DNA from: Eledone cirrhosa | Taxonomy: Eukaryota | Length of the DNA: 64,000 bases | Direction: 5' to 3' | Assembly (NCBI GenBank): GCA_964016885.1 | Contig: OZ024745.1 | Coordinates: forward strand, 73,842,001-73,906,000 | Shown: positions 25,246 to 38,761 of the stretch, one piece after another | Numbering within the stretch: position 1 is the first letter of the stretch | Layout of the letters: each line of letters starts with the position of its first letter | Made by a program: the position numbers and the translations under genes | Notes under the pieces: generated by a model | Databases searched by the model: none | What the model saw: only the letters and a program-made list of their open reading frames with translations | What the model was told of the DNA's origin: nothing

Positions 25246-26177
25246 ATTACCGTGTTGTTTATCCATAAGAGTTGCGTTGTGACGTCTCGTTGATAAACAG
25301 ATGTAAGCAAATAAGAGCACTCCACATCAGTTGTATCTATCCAGCATTAAGACGGCGGTTTGATCTCCGGACTTTCACAAACATGGTAGCGTTAGCCCAC
25401 AACATATCAACGCACTCACATAATTGTATTAACATCTGATGACATCACACCGGTGTCGGTTGTTGTTTAATGATTGCATAACCGCTCCATGCATGTGTCA
25501 CAGAAACAGGTATATAAATATTATTACGTAACTTTTGTTTTAACGCTTATTTCACAAGTTTGACGTAAATCGACACAAACTATTTTCATCATTCGACAAA
25601 TATTTTTAATAATTATTAAAAAAAGATTTTTCAATGATTTCTCAGTGAATATGATTTCAAAACTACAAGTTGTTTGTACTTCAAGTACTTTGTACTTCAA
25701 GCTTTCTTTAAACAGACGATATTTTAATTATCAGAAAAGCATTAAGTGAATATCACTGAAAAATACCAGTAGGTGTTTATATTTTTGCTTTTGTTAAAAG
25801 AATATTTCAATATTTAAAAATATTTTAAAGTGAATTTGATTTCACAAATAGCTTTATTTACATAGACAATATCTTCATTTTTTAAAAATTATTTTCAAGT
25901 GAATACGATGGAAAAAATATTTCTTGCATATTTAAAAAATATTCTTAAGTGAAAATGACATAAAAAATACAAATTATTTGTACACCGAGTATATATATTT
26001 CAGCTTTCTTTAAACAGAATATTTTAATTATTAATAAGTATTTTTTAAGTCAATATGATTTGAAAAATACGAGTTGTTTAAACAGACAATATTTTCATTA
26101 TTTAGAAATATTTCTAAATGATGATTTTAAAAAAATATTTGTTGAGGTAATAGGAATTTTTTCTAAGGTCTTAAATA

Positions 26178-29100
26178 ATGCCTCGACGAGGAAGAAAGAA
26201 AACATCTGGTTGGTCTATCGATAGTGGAAAGAAAGCACGGCTAAGGAGAGCCGAAGAAGGTGAGCAAGATAGTGGTCAACGCCAACAAGATCGGTACAGG
26301 CATGGGAATAGAAGGATCGATGAGACTGATAAAGCAAAGGCTTCGCGTCTGGCGGAACAGAGGGAAAGAGACAGAAGCAGGAGAGATCATTAATCGGATG
26401 GTCAGAGAGCTGAGCGTCAGGCAGAACAGATGGAAAGAGACAGAAGCAGGAGAGATCATGAGTCGGATGGTCGGAGAGCTGCGCGTCTGGCGGAACAGAG
26501 GGAAAGAGACAGAAGCAGGAGAGATCATGAGTCGGATGGTCGGAGAGCTGCGCGTCTGGCGGAACAGAAGGAAAGAGACAGAAGCAGGAGAGATCATGAA
26601 TCGGATGGTCGGAGAGCTGAGCGTCTGGCGCAACAGAGGGAAAGAGACAGAAGCAGGAGAGATCATGAATCGGATGGTCGGAGAACTGAACGTCTTTGCC
26701 AACAAACCATTAGGGATAGAGCAAGGACAGTTCAACGATGTGACCTCTCTGCTGATGTTGGACATATGAATAGGATCTGTGTCTGTCGTCATGCAATACT
26801 TTTTCATGGTGAAACTGCTAACTTTTGCTGTATGAATGGAAAAGTCAGGCTGGGGAATCTGTAGCCTTTACCCCAGGAACTTCACAGTTTATTTGGTACT
26901 GATCAACCTCACAGTTTATTTAGTACTGATCAACCTAGGGCAAACGAGTTCAGGAAGAACCCCAGACAATACAACTGTCTGTTCCAAATGACATCTTTTG
27001 GGGCCGAAGAAGTTCGTTCCTCAAGGAGTGGATGGAATCCTTCTATCGTTATTCATGATCAAATTCACCATTACATCGGTTCCTTAACCCCTAATCCCAA
27101 CGAACAACCCCAATTTCTTCAAATTTACTTCTTGGATCCTCAGGATAATGTTGATTTGAGGATCAGAATACTCCATAACGATAGCATTCAGCGCGACATA
27201 GTTGAATTATTGGAAATAATACTCAGACAATATAACCCTTACGTTGCTTCATTTCGAATGGCAAAAGAACAAATTAAAAATATTCCCGAAGCTTCGATTA
27301 TTATTGATCCCGATAGGAGACCAGCAATAGAACATGAGAGAAGATTCAATGCACAAACTGCAAACGAAGTTGCCCTTATTATACAAAATAGCACCGAACT
27401 TCGGCACATTGTGTTGAAAGAAAAAGGCGGACTATTGCAAATAATCTCAGAGTCCATCGGTCCTATGACATTTTGCAGTATGTTCTATTTTTTTCCTTTT
27501 GGCGATGACGGATGGCATCATGAGCTGTTAATGAGCAACAACAAGAAGTCGATGCCAATGCGTTACTTACTATGCCTATCGAATAATGAACCATGAGAAT
27601 GAATTCAACCAACTTCTTAGAGGCGGTCGTTTATTTCAGCAATATTTGGTTGACATGGCTGCGAAGATTGAAGGAGATAGACTGCAATACATCGGAATGA
27701 ATCAAACATCATTGCGATCTACAACATACAAGGGCCTTACTGACGCATTGAATGATGATGACGATTTTCGAAATATTGGCAGGCGATTCATACTCTTTTC
27801 CACGTTTGTCTGTGGACCGATATATATGATGGAGCGATGCCAGCATGCAATGATGTACATACGAAAGTACGGCAATCCTTCGTTCTTCATCACAATGACA
27901 TGCAATCCAAACAGGCCTGAATCCGGCAAAACCTATTCCTGAATCAGAAACCACATGACAGGCCAGATTTAATTGCCAGAGTATTTGGCCTGAAGCGGAA
28001 ACTGTTAAGAAAGTATCTTACTGGAGTAGATGGCCTATTTGGCAAGTGCATAGCTTACGTTCTGACAGTCGAATATCAAAAGCGAGGTCTTCCTCATGTG
28101 CACTGTTTGCTATGGCTCAATGAAGCCTCCTAGGCCAGACCGCAGGAATATGATAAATTTGTTCAAGCCGAAATACCAGATCCAAACAAAGATCCAGAGG
28201 GTCATGAATTGGTGCTGAAGCACATGATCCACGGTCCGAATTGCGCTAACAATTCGCCTTGTTGGAAAGATGGAACGTGCAGTAAGCGGTACCCTAAGCC
28301 TTTCAATGAATATACATTGTGTGGAGAGGACTCTTATCCTGTGTACAGAAGACGGTCTCCAGGAATGGGAGGATTTGAGGGACACCAAGAAGGAAAGGGA
28401 AGACGAAATATAACTTCGGAATGGGTGGTTCCCTACAATATGAAACTATTAAAACTGTTCCACTGCCACCTAAACGTAGAGATGTGCTCTTCCGTGAAAT
28501 CGATCAAATATGTTATCAAATATACCATGTAGGGCATTGATCAGGCAATGTTTGGAGTGAACAGGGAAGATGAGATAATACAGTATTTAACAGGAAGATA
28601 TAGCGGTCCTTCAGAAGCTGTTGCCTTGGTACTTGGATTTGCAATTCATGAGAGAGAACCGGCCGTAGTTCGCCTTCAAGTTCATCTACCTGAGGAAAAT
28701 CAATTCTTTTTTCGGCTGCTGTTAAAGTAAACAATAACATGGATAAGACGACTCTGACTGAGTTCATGGATCTTTGCGATCGCGATGCGTTTGCAAAAAC
28801 ATTGTATTATGCGGTTGTGCCAAAGTTTGACACTTGGAGTGATAAGAGATGGGAAAGGAGAAAGATGTGGAAAACAGTTGAGCAGTATCCAGGGATTTTT
28901 GAGGCGAACATTTTGGGACGAGTATACACTGTTTCTCCACGAAGTGGTGACCTGTATTATTTAAGACTCCTTCTGCATCACGTCAAAGGGCTAATATTCT
29001 TCAACTCTTTGAAAATGTGTGATGGAGAACTCCTGCCATTATTCAAAGACGTCTGCAGAGAGAAAGGTTTGCTTCAATCGGATGATCATTGGCAGCAGAC

Positions 29101-30815
29101 TCTGGAAGATGCTGAGCGAACAAGGCTTCCCAAAGCCATGAGAGATCTATTTATCGTGCTCCTCACAAATACGGAAATTGACAATTCCAGTGCTTTATGG
29201 GTTCGATTTAAGCATTCGCTGTCTGAGGATTATCTTCAAATAGAAAAAAGGGCTACCAGAAACTCTAACCTTTTGATTAGCGAGAGACATTATGATCAAT
29301 GTCTTCTGTATTTTGAAGACAAACTTAACGACCTGGGCAAAAGTCTTAGTGACTTTAACTTGCCAAGGACAAATAATATTGTTGCTAATCAGGATATTGG
29401 CAATTTGGAGTTATTGCATGAATTTCAATACAGCAGAGAAGAGCAGCGACGATTTGTAGAAGAGACGGAGCCTCTATTGAATAGTGAACAAAAATACGTG
29501 TACGGCGTCGTTTGTAACAGTTTAGAGACGAACACATCTGCATTGATTTTCATTGACGCTCCAGGTGGAACAGGAAAGACATTCCTGATTAAGTTAATTC
29601 TTTCAAAAGTCAGGGGAAACGGTGACGTGGCTATTGCTGTTGCGTCATCTGGCATTGCTGCAACACTGATGCCTGGTAGAAGAACAGTGCATTCTAGGTT
29701 CAAAATACCGATAGTAGTGAAAGAAAATGGTCTGTGCAATATTGATAAAAACTCAAAGACGGCAAACCTCTTCCAGCATACAAGGCTGATTGTTTGGGAT
29801 GAGTGTCCTATGATTCGGAGGGAAAGCTTCAAAGCTGTTGACCTCACTCTGCGTGACATATGCAACAAGAATGAGGCATTCGGTGGAATTTTGACAATTT
29901 GCTGTGGCGATTTCCGTCAGCTTCTTCCGGTAGTGAAAAGGGGAAATGAAGAGGACGTGGAAAACGCCTGCATTAAAAAGTCCTACTTGTGGCGAAGCTT
30001 CAAAAGATTTCAGTTGAAGACAAACATGCGATTGGGTGGGGGAGCAGGAGACTATTCACAGTTCCTAGTGGATATTGGAGAAGATAAGATAAAAAAATGA
30101 AAATGAGGAAATTATTTTGCCAAAAGAAATGGTTCTCCAAGCAACAACTATGGAAGAATGTATTGATTTCATCTACCCCTCATTCGACAATCCAGCTGAA
30201 GTGTTTTCGAACAATTGCTGCTTAGTACCTCTCAATGAAATGATGAGAAGCATCAATTCCACCTGTATCAGACGCTTCCCTGGAACCATAAAAGAGTACC
30301 GATCCTATAATTCTGTGAGTGATGGTGCCAATGCCACTCATTTCCCGACTGAATTCCTTGATTCGGTTGAACTATCATGACTGCCACCGCATAACCTGGA
30401 ATTGAAAAAAGGATCGCCAATAATTCTTATGAGAAACTTGAATCCTCCAAGGATTTGTAATGGAACGCGCATGATCGTGGAAGAACTGCACGACAATCTC
30501 ATAGTAGCAAGAATCAACACTGCTGCTTTCAGAAATGAGATCGTTATGATACCTAGAATAAGAATTAATCTATCCGAAGGTGAGGATATCCCTTTGCAGC
30601 GAAGCCAATTCAATCGTGCTTCGCTATGACTATTCATAAAGCACAAGGACAAACTATGGAAAACATCTTGTCTGGAACGACCTGTATTCCAACACGGTCA
30701 ACTGTATGTAGCCCTTAGCCGCGGAAAACGAAAAGAAAATGTCAGAGTGTTTATGAAGGATACCCAGTCAACTAAGAATGTTGTCATCAAAAGCATTCTT
30801 TTGAACAAACTGTAA
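26178..30815 (+). pseudogene. Helitron Rep/PIF1-helicase, broken by stops and frameshifts
   Basis: FCCMNGKV; PQFLQIYF; GGRLFQQYLVD; FFITMTCNP; HUH motif EYQKRGLPHVH; KYVIKY; Walker A DAPGGTGKT; WDEC; GDFRQLLPV; RNLNPPRICNGTR; TIHKAQGQT; HGQLYVALSR. Confidence 0.95.
26349..26694 (+). repeat. Five 69-bp tandem repeats encoding a 23-aa STPR-like unit
   Basis: Unit ESDGRRAARLAEQRERDRSRRDH in the RepHel frame. Confidence 0.9.
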
Positions 30816-31241
30816 CAGCGTAAATATAAGAAAATGTTGATTCCGACGTCAGAAAATGAAAGGAAAAGGAAAAACTAAGACAAGTAAGAATAATTTCTTT
30901 CAAATTTTTGTAAATAAAACCAGCTCTTCCTTAACATTGCAACTTTTTAAGCAGAAAAATCTTTCAGAACAAACAGTCAAGCATCCATAGAGATATAGAA
31001 AAAAGAATTTTGAAGTGGAGTGATTGGATAGCTATTAGTGAAAAATGATTTGATAATTTCTTTGTGAAAATACTTGTGAATAATACAGTGAAAAGACAAG
31101 TTTCACGTAAATCGGACCACGGGTTCCCGAGATATGCGGGTTTTTTCGGGTACCTTTATAAGTAGCCAAATCAGCGCATAATGAGAAAATTCTTTGAAAG
31201 TAAGGTACCATTGAAATGTGAATACAAACGCAGATAGTGGT

Positions 31242-31283
<42 letters not shown>

Positions 31284-32049
31284 AGAGAGCTGTGGTGTTG
31301 TTGAATGAAATTATGACAGGTATCTTCTAAGAATCTAAGAATTGAATACAGCATTACTGTATCTAGCTTGAATTTGGTGACTGAATATTAAGTTATATGT
31401 ATCTTATAACCTGTGTTAGGACAGGATGTATGTATATGTGTGTCTGTAACCAGTGTATATAGGCCACAGACACCCACACCCACACATATATATATATATA
31501 CACGTACATATACACACACACATACACGTATATATATATTGGCTTTCCAATGTCATTTTACATTATATACATTTTGTGTATATTTTAATTATTTAAAAAT
31601 TATTGTTAAGTGAACATGACCCAACGGGTTACGGGTGGTCAAGTAATTACTAAATAGGCGATGGATAGCAGAACCAGCAGAGCGTCGTTCAAAACAACAT
31701 ATATTTTGTTAGGCTTTTATCTTTTCAGTTCAAATCTTAACTATACACTAAAATGCGGTGTCACAATATGGTAACCATCAAATGATTGAAACCAATAAAA
31801 GAATTTATGGTTTAAAGAAAGACTGATGCTGAAATTAAGTCTGAAAACGTTCCCTTTTATTGAAGAATATATTGAGACATAATAGATCCGTCTGTATAAA
31901 GATGATGAACTTTTATGATGATGCAGTTTTATGTAATATGATCCGGCTTGGGCTATCTTTGGAAGAATCTGATTCAAACATTCAAAGATCATGACCTTAA
32001 CACCCCCATGAGACAAACATCATACAAAATGGAAATTTTAGGGTAAATA

Positions 32050-32705
32050 GAGAGTTACTTATAATTTTATTTTTGTATTGTGCCTTCGCGTGTAAATAGA
32101 ATTATGTTAGAGAGATCTGCTATTAAAGAAATTTTCCGTTGTGCAACGGAATCATAAAGAATACCAGCTACAATGATGCAATCAAGTGCCTACATAGGGA
32201 ACAATGCATACTAAAGAGCGGTAAAAGAAATTTATATTGAGAATGTAAAAGCAACAATTACGAGGATTTTCTAGCTCGACTTAATCATTTGTTAGGTGAA
32301 CAAAAGTACCAGAAATAAATATAATTTTCAGCTGCGTCTCGAATATTCGAAGCATAATAAGAGGCCATTTAAAAAACAACCGGCCACCTCAGAATATAAA
32401 TGTAATTGTAAAAACAAGAATTATTTTCTATCATTCTATATAGCATAGAAGAAACACATCTAAAATCCGTGTTTCACAACATACAAAATACTTACGAAAC
32501 ATATGTAAGAAGAACTGGACAGCTTTGATTATTAAGAATGTAGTGGGAAAAATAACATTGAAATAAAATGGTCTTAATAAATCCTTAATATTATTGGTCT
32601 TATTTTACCCAAAAGAAATTTGTCACCCAAACAAAAATTGCTTATATGTAAGGAATCGTCTTTTCGCATATTTTAAACACTCTTTCAAAAGCAAAATTCT
32701 ACTTT
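32050..32705 (+). pseudogene. Highly degraded PLE endonuclease remnant
   Basis: Fragments FSCVSNIRSII, KCNCKNK and NIEIKWS in the same order as in ORF 60246. Confidence 0.5.
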
Positions 32706-32945
32706 CGGATGAGGGCATCTATCCCAGCTTCGTAAAGCTCAGCTGGCTGCTCATGAAACCAATTCTTGATAACAGTTTTCCCTTCTTCATCATTTCCATA
32801 ATGGTGGCCTCTCAATGCGTCTTTCATAGTACCGTAGAAGTGGTAGCTGAGTATGTCCACCCGTGGTCTGGCATTGTCGTGTTGAAGGAGAAATTTATTC
32901 CCCTCCAAATCGGGTCTTACTCGTCGAATTCTTGCTTTTAGTCTT
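32706..32945 (-). pseudogene. Mariner transposase catalytic-domain fragment
   Basis: LLQHDNARP...YHFYGTMKDALRG...WFHEQPAELYEAGIDALI. Confidence 0.85.
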
Positions 32946-34155
32946 TACAGAGAGAGAGTGAGAGTAAAAAGAACCAGCGAGACGGAGAGAAGACAGGCAA
33001 ACTGAGAGAGAAAGAAAAAGAGAGAGTACCAGAAATGAGATAGATGGAGATAAATGTGATAGATAAATTGATTCAATTGGTTATGTAAAATATTCGTTAA
33101 TACAGATTGTAATGCTTTCACAGTATGTCTGAATATTATATTTTTAGATTTCACGAGAATATGACGTTTCTATATCAAAATTACTTTTATAGATTCCTTA
33201 GAAGTTTCTACTTTTCTACGATTACTGATGTACCCCTAAACCCAACTACATATTTAGCGTAAACAATATTTTCCAATTATTTTCACAAAATTAATGTTGA
33301 AACACATTTGTGCTTGAAAGTCATATATTTGCTCTCATATATTTGCTCTCATATATTTGGTCTTATTCACACTTCCAGCTCTCTATAATAGAATTACGAT
33401 TCTATGAAAAGAAGCAAGTAATGGCCAAGATTAACATGTGTGAGCTTCAATGACCAAGCTGCAGACGGTTGGTAAGAGAAATTAATGTAAAGTTGATTTC
33501 TTAACGAAGAAAACAGTTCGCATATATTATAGATAGAAAATAAAAATATATACCTGTCAGTGATAATAGATGTATGTATATACGAGGGTAATCCCAAAGG
33601 TAAGGTCTCCAAAGCGATGGAGACGCAGAGAAACTGTTCGTACACACATCCCTGCTGACCATTATCACAACAACGAACCTCTTTACTACTACTACACACA
33701 CACACACACATATTTGTTTTGAAAGACTTATTTCTCAGTGACTTCTCAATCAGCCGACACAACCCTACATTTGGCGCAAAATCAATTTTTAACATTCACA
33801 TGACCTCTACCGCCCAATCAAAATTGTTTTGACCACAAGAATTTTTGCAACACGAATTGGCGCAAAACTTATTTTAATACCGCTGGAGCCACTTTTTTAA
33901 CATAAAAACAGGTAGAATTCCCAAAACTAATCAGATCAGAGCAAACATCAAGGACGCTCTATCTCAAAATTATTTTTGAAAAGCATTAGAAATGCGCAAC
34001 CGGTAAAACTTAAAACCAAAACTGAATACTAACCAATACTATTACTAATTCTCACTTATTCCTAATTAAACTATTTTTCACTGTGAATAATTTGTCAGCA
34101 TTTTCTTTTCCGTTTACCAATATATCATAACTTGTGTGTTACATTTCTATTCTTT

Positions 34156-34230
<75 letters not shown>

Positions 34231-34254
34231 GTGTGTGTGTATGTATATATATAT

Positions 34255-34313
<59 letters not shown>

Positions 34314-34353
34314 CTCCTTTATTGTCAGCCTACGAACTTTTCAGCATACCTTC

Positions 34354-34392
<39 letters not shown>

Positions 34393-34394
<2 letters not shown>

Positions 34395-34594
34395 CGAAGG
34401 TATGCTGAAAAGTTCGTAGGCTGACAACAAAGGAGTAATCCTAGTGCGTGAGATCTTGCAGTCATTAATTTCCACTCATCTCATTAGTAACTGCATTGTT
34501 TCTTTCCACGAACTATGTTGAAAAAATAAACTTCATCTGGTCATTCCATGAGAGTATCTTGGTCAGCCTAAGAACTTTTCAGCCGACCCTTGTG
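34393..34594. mobile_element. Mariner-type MITE
   Basis: Imperfect TIRs TACGAAGGTATGCTGAAAAGTTCGTAGGCTGAC and GTCAGCCTAAGAACTTTTCAGCCGACCCTTG. Confidence 0.7.
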
Positions 34595-34669
34595 TATATG
34601 TATATATACTCCATAGACATTGGTCTAAATATTTGTGCATATTATCCCTTTAACGGAAAAATAGACAAT

Positions 34670-34741
34670 AGCACCTGAGGGACATGAACGCACACCTTCA
34701 TAGTTCCCGGACAGAAATACTACAATTACACTGTAGTGCCT
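34670..34741 (-). pseudogene. Degenerate tRNA-like sequence or SINE head
   Basis: GGCAC.../...GTGCT acceptor-like ends, GTGTAATTGT D-loop-like and GTTCA T-loop-like segments; resembles 45806-45875. Confidence 0.4.
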
Positions 34742-35160
34742 GTCATACATAAATAAACAAGTGAACGTGTGTTTGGAAACGATTAGCAAAATTTGAATTG
34801 TATTGATCAGATGGTTAACGCTTTATCGAAAATGAACATTAGCCCCTGTGGCTCCCGTAGGCGCTAATGTACATTTTGTGTTGTGAAGAGGGCTTGCAGG
34901 CCCTATAATTTAGACTATTTTTCTATACTAAAACATTCGATGCTGCTTTAACTTAAAAGATATTTACATTCAGGAGCCACTTTCCATCAACTTGGACAAT
35001 CGCACAGAATTTCCAATCATCAGATCTACTATTATGCACCATTCAATTACAATACAGAACACATGGTCACAAAAGCATTCACATTTCAATTTTTGTTCAT
35101 TCTGATCACGTGTTATTTCCATTTGTAAATAGAAAAGTTTAATAAACGTTCTTTTTTCTA

Positions 35161-35592
35161 ATGGTATTATTAAACTCATCCTTTGGTATTATTAAACCCA
35201 TTGCCTTTCATCCTTTCGGGGTCGATAAAATAAAGTACCAGTAATACACTGGATAATTGCTGGCCTTGTGCCAAATGTAGAACAAATTATTAAATGGTAT
35301 TATTAAACTCATCCTTTGGTATTATTAAACCCATTGCCATGCTTTGGCGCATAGAGTTACGGCCCTTGCCATTCTGAGTTCAAATCCCGCCGAGGTTAAC
35401 TTTGCCTTTCATCCTTACGGGGTCGATAAAATAAAGTACCAGTAATACACTGGGTAATTGCTGGGTTTGTGCCTAAAGTAGAAACAATTATTAAACCCAT
35501 TGCCTTTCATCCTTTCGGGTTCGATAAAATAAAGTACCAGTAATACACTGGGTAATTGCTGGCCTTGTGCCAAATGTAGAAACAATTATTAT
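35161..35592 (+). repeat. Tandem triplication of a family A SINE 3' half plus flank
   Basis: TTGCCTTTCATCC...GATAAAATAAAGTACCAGTAATACACTGG...GTAGAAACAA occurs three times. Confidence 0.85.
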
Positions 35593-35790
35593 ACTCATCC
35601 TTGCGTTTGGTGACAGAGATCAGTTTTCCGCTCGATCTTCCATGGATTCTGCACCACCACGTAGTCTACAGAAGTCGTTATTAATTGACCTTGAAGCATA
35701 AGGTAGCGCTTTACCTCTTCTGTGAGAACAGTTTCCTTCTTCCTAGCCGTGGATATTTGTTCTATACATACATAACACACTTAAACACAT

Positions 35791-35859
<69 letters not shown>

Positions 35860-36172
35860 AGTAAAAAAAAAGGAAAAAGCAGTAGAAAATGTTAATGGGA
35901 TTTATTTACAAAAAAGGAATTTATCGTACCGGTTTCAGCCTAGGGTTATTGGGCTTCTTCATGCTATGGAAGTGTATAATAAAATTTATAATGGAGTTAA
36001 GTTGTATATTAATAAGGATATGGCATAAAATAGTTCACATTTTTGTTTATCGCTTTCTCTCTTTCTTTCCTTCTTGGTGGTGTTGACTATAACTGCAGCA
36101 ATGGTAGTGAAAGTAGCAGAGGTAGAAGAACCAGCTTGTTCTATGTTCTTGGTATTGACCTCGACTGTAGTG

Positions 36173-36227
36173 GAAGAAGAAGAAGAAGAAGAAGAAGAAG
36201 AAGAAGAAGAAGAAGAAGAAGAAGAAG
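36173..36227 (+). repeat. (GAA)n microsatellite
   Basis: About 18 perfect units. Confidence 0.95.
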
Positions 36228-36596
36228 GGAAAAGGAGAGGTGTGGTAGTAATGATAGGGTTATGGCAAAGATGGAAGGGAAAGATAGAGGAGGGTTGGGC
36301 GAAACAGAAGGAGATGACGGGGAGGTGTGGTAGTAATAGTACCACTATTACTAGTAGTAAAGGGAGTAGGCCTTAAAGTTGACTGAGGAAGTAATTGTTT
36401 CTAAATATATCTATCTTAGTATTTCTGTCTGTAATGATGGCATTCTTAGTTTGTCCATTGGTGTTAAAAAATGACCTGCAATGTGATTGTTTCTAAAAAT
36501 TTCTATCTTAGTATTTCTGAAGGAAATACTATCTTTCTTAATTTGTCCATTGGTGCTAATGTTGGGTGCTAGTTTCAGTTTCGTCTGTTGTAGATG

Positions 36597-36649
<53 letters not shown>

Positions 36650-36995
36650 CACAAGTAAGAAGAAATATAGGGTTGTGTGTGTTCATAAAAAAAGAGAGCA
36701 AAACCGAATACAAAATCTGCAAAGGCAAACCCCTACATAATCGTACAGACACGGAAACGTTCAGCCCTATACCCACGTAGCAACACAAATACGTATAAAT
36801 AGCAACACAAAAAGGAAGACATGCAGTTGCAGATATAAGAGGACGGTGAACCGACTAGAATTTGTTTGTATGGCGAACAATTTTGACAAACGGATCAATA
36901 ATTAATTAATTAATTAACAATGGAGAATTGAATTAGAACATGTGCTAATGTTTTATTGACAGAATTGTCCTCCCAAGGCACACACACATACACAC

Positions 36996-37028
<33 letters not shown>

Positions 37029-37057
37029 CACACAAACACAGACACACACATGTATAT

Positions 37058-37107
<50 letters not shown>

Positions 37108-37123
37108 TCTGTGTGTGTGTGTG

Positions 37124-37166
<43 letters not shown>

Positions 37167-37169
37167 CGC

Positions 37170-37405
37170 TCTGATCGATCGATAAGAACCCAGACCTCAT
37201 TCACTTGCTGAGTGGGGTGGACCTCGTCAAATTGGACCGAGGAAACAATGTTTCCATTGGTCTTTCCATTACTGATACTATCTACCGGTCGCAACTCCCG
37301 GCGGGAAGAGCAGCGTTAAATAAATAAAATGTCTTGCTCAAAGACACAACGCATCACCCAGCCTGAGAATTGAACTCGCAACCTCACGATTGCGAATCGA
37401 ACCAT
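37170..37405 (-). mobile_element. SINE family B
   Basis: Minus strand GAGTTCAATTCTC and TTTGAGCAAGACA central domain. Confidence 0.75.
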
Positions 37406-37582
37406 ATGATGTATATATATATATATATGTATGTATGTATATGTATGTATATGTATATATATATATATACATTTATATATGTATATATATATATATATGG
37501 ATAGCTTCCAGGAAGCTCCAACCGTTAAGGTTGTCTTTTTTCAGGGTATGTCAATATTTATTTATAAAACTATTCTGTATTG

Positions 37583-37648
37583 TATTTTATCTGATGAAAG
37601 CGCACCATAATTTACCTTGGTGGCCCTTGAAATATTTATAATAAAATA
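37583..37648 (+). ncRNA. Type I hammerhead ribozyme in a PLE-type terminal repeat (37500-37783)
   Basis: TATTTTAT CTGATGA AAGCGCACCA..TGGTGGCCCTT GAAA TATTTA TA ATAAAATA: 8-bp stem I, AUA triplet. Confidence 0.75.
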
Positions 37649-37944
37649 AATATGGTTTTATAAATATAGTTTCCATTTGTTAATATATTGTATATTTACT
37701 CCACTAAACTGTTGAGTGCTTTATATCAGTTATAAAAATGTTTAAGCTTGTTGAATCCCAACAAATTAAATATAACTTCTGCATATATATATATATATAT
37801 ATATATGGGATAATAAGTTATCGTTATAGGTAATCCAGTTGGAGGTTGTGAGTACTCCATATTGTGGTTAATTTTAATGTACGACGATGTTTGACTCATC
37901 ACTGTATTTAAGGTCGAGTAACACAACTTCGAGTGATGAGCGGC

Positions 37945-37998
<54 letters not shown>

Positions 37999-38149
37999 AT
38001 ACTTTGGGAGGGTCATGTTGCCAATAAGAAACACACGCACCAGTTGCTTTCACTTCAATTTAATTTAATATATATTTATAAATTTACAAATTTATAAATT
38101 TCTGGTTGGTTGGTTGGTTCCACAACCAGATAGTTGTTTATATATATAT

Positions 38150-38194
38150 AGTCATAGTTCTTTCGTCACACACTCTGTGACCTCTTCAGTGACT
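38150..38194 (-). ncRNA. Minimal type I hammerhead ribozyme
   Basis: AGTCA CTGAAGA G GTCACA GAGTG TGTGAC GAAA GAAC TA TGACT: perfect stems I and II, CUA triplet. Confidence 0.8.
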
Positions 38195-38281
38195 GGGGAT
38201 TTCTTTCTTCGTTTCTGTGCCTTTCCTTTCTTCTATCCTACGCCATTTTGTTAAACAAAATGGCGCAGAAATGACAGCAGA

Positions 38282-38761
38282 ACTTTCAACTGTAGAGCAG
38301 GCACCCAGTGCACCCTACAGGGAAAATGCTTAATCAAGGACTTAATATACAAGTGTGTGGTTACGACCCAGAATGCACATCGAACCTACATAGGCGCAAC
38401 ATCCACGACCTTTAAATCGCGGATGTATAATCACACGAATTCCTTCAGGGACCGTAGCAAAAGGCACTCCACTAAGTTAGCGGACCTCGTGTGGGACATG
38501 AAAGACCACGGAACTCCATACGCCCTGGAATGGAGTATCGTTCGCCACGCGAGTGCATATTCGGCCGGAAGTAGAAAGTGCCGATTGTGCCTACATGAGG
38601 CCACGGAGATAGTCAGACTGAAGGATGACGCCGTCAACCCGAAGTCTGAAATTATCATGACATGCAGACACCAGAGAAGATGCACATTTGCAGCAAGGAA
38701 TCCGCCGGGTGGCGCAGGCAGGGGGCATGAGAATGAAAACGCACAGACTCGATTGGCCTAG
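38282..38761 (+). pseudogene. PLE GIY-YIG endonuclease domain
   Basis: NCRAGTQCTLQGKC..LIY..TYIGATSTTFKSRMYNH..W..CRLCLHE..N.KSE..CRH. Confidence 0.85.

Larger units (their letters stand above)
25336..31646 (+). mobile_element. Decayed autonomous Helitron (ends tentative)
   Basis: Contains RepHel; candidate 5' A|TCTATCC at 25336; candidate 3' hairpin ACCCAACGGGTTACGGGT followed by CAAG|T. Confidence 0.6.

Noticed and set aside
26349-26694. CRISPR-like appearance of regular repeats (also 63672-63950)
   Set aside because: No unique spacers, no cas genes, eukaryotic context
26241-26807. Alternative-frame repeat ORFs (188 aa minus, 169 aa plus)
   Set aside because: By-products of the 69-bp array; only the Arg/Glu frame leads into RepHel
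36043-36376. Poly-E, poly-R and poly-S ORFs
   Set aside because: Caused by the (GAA)n microsatellite
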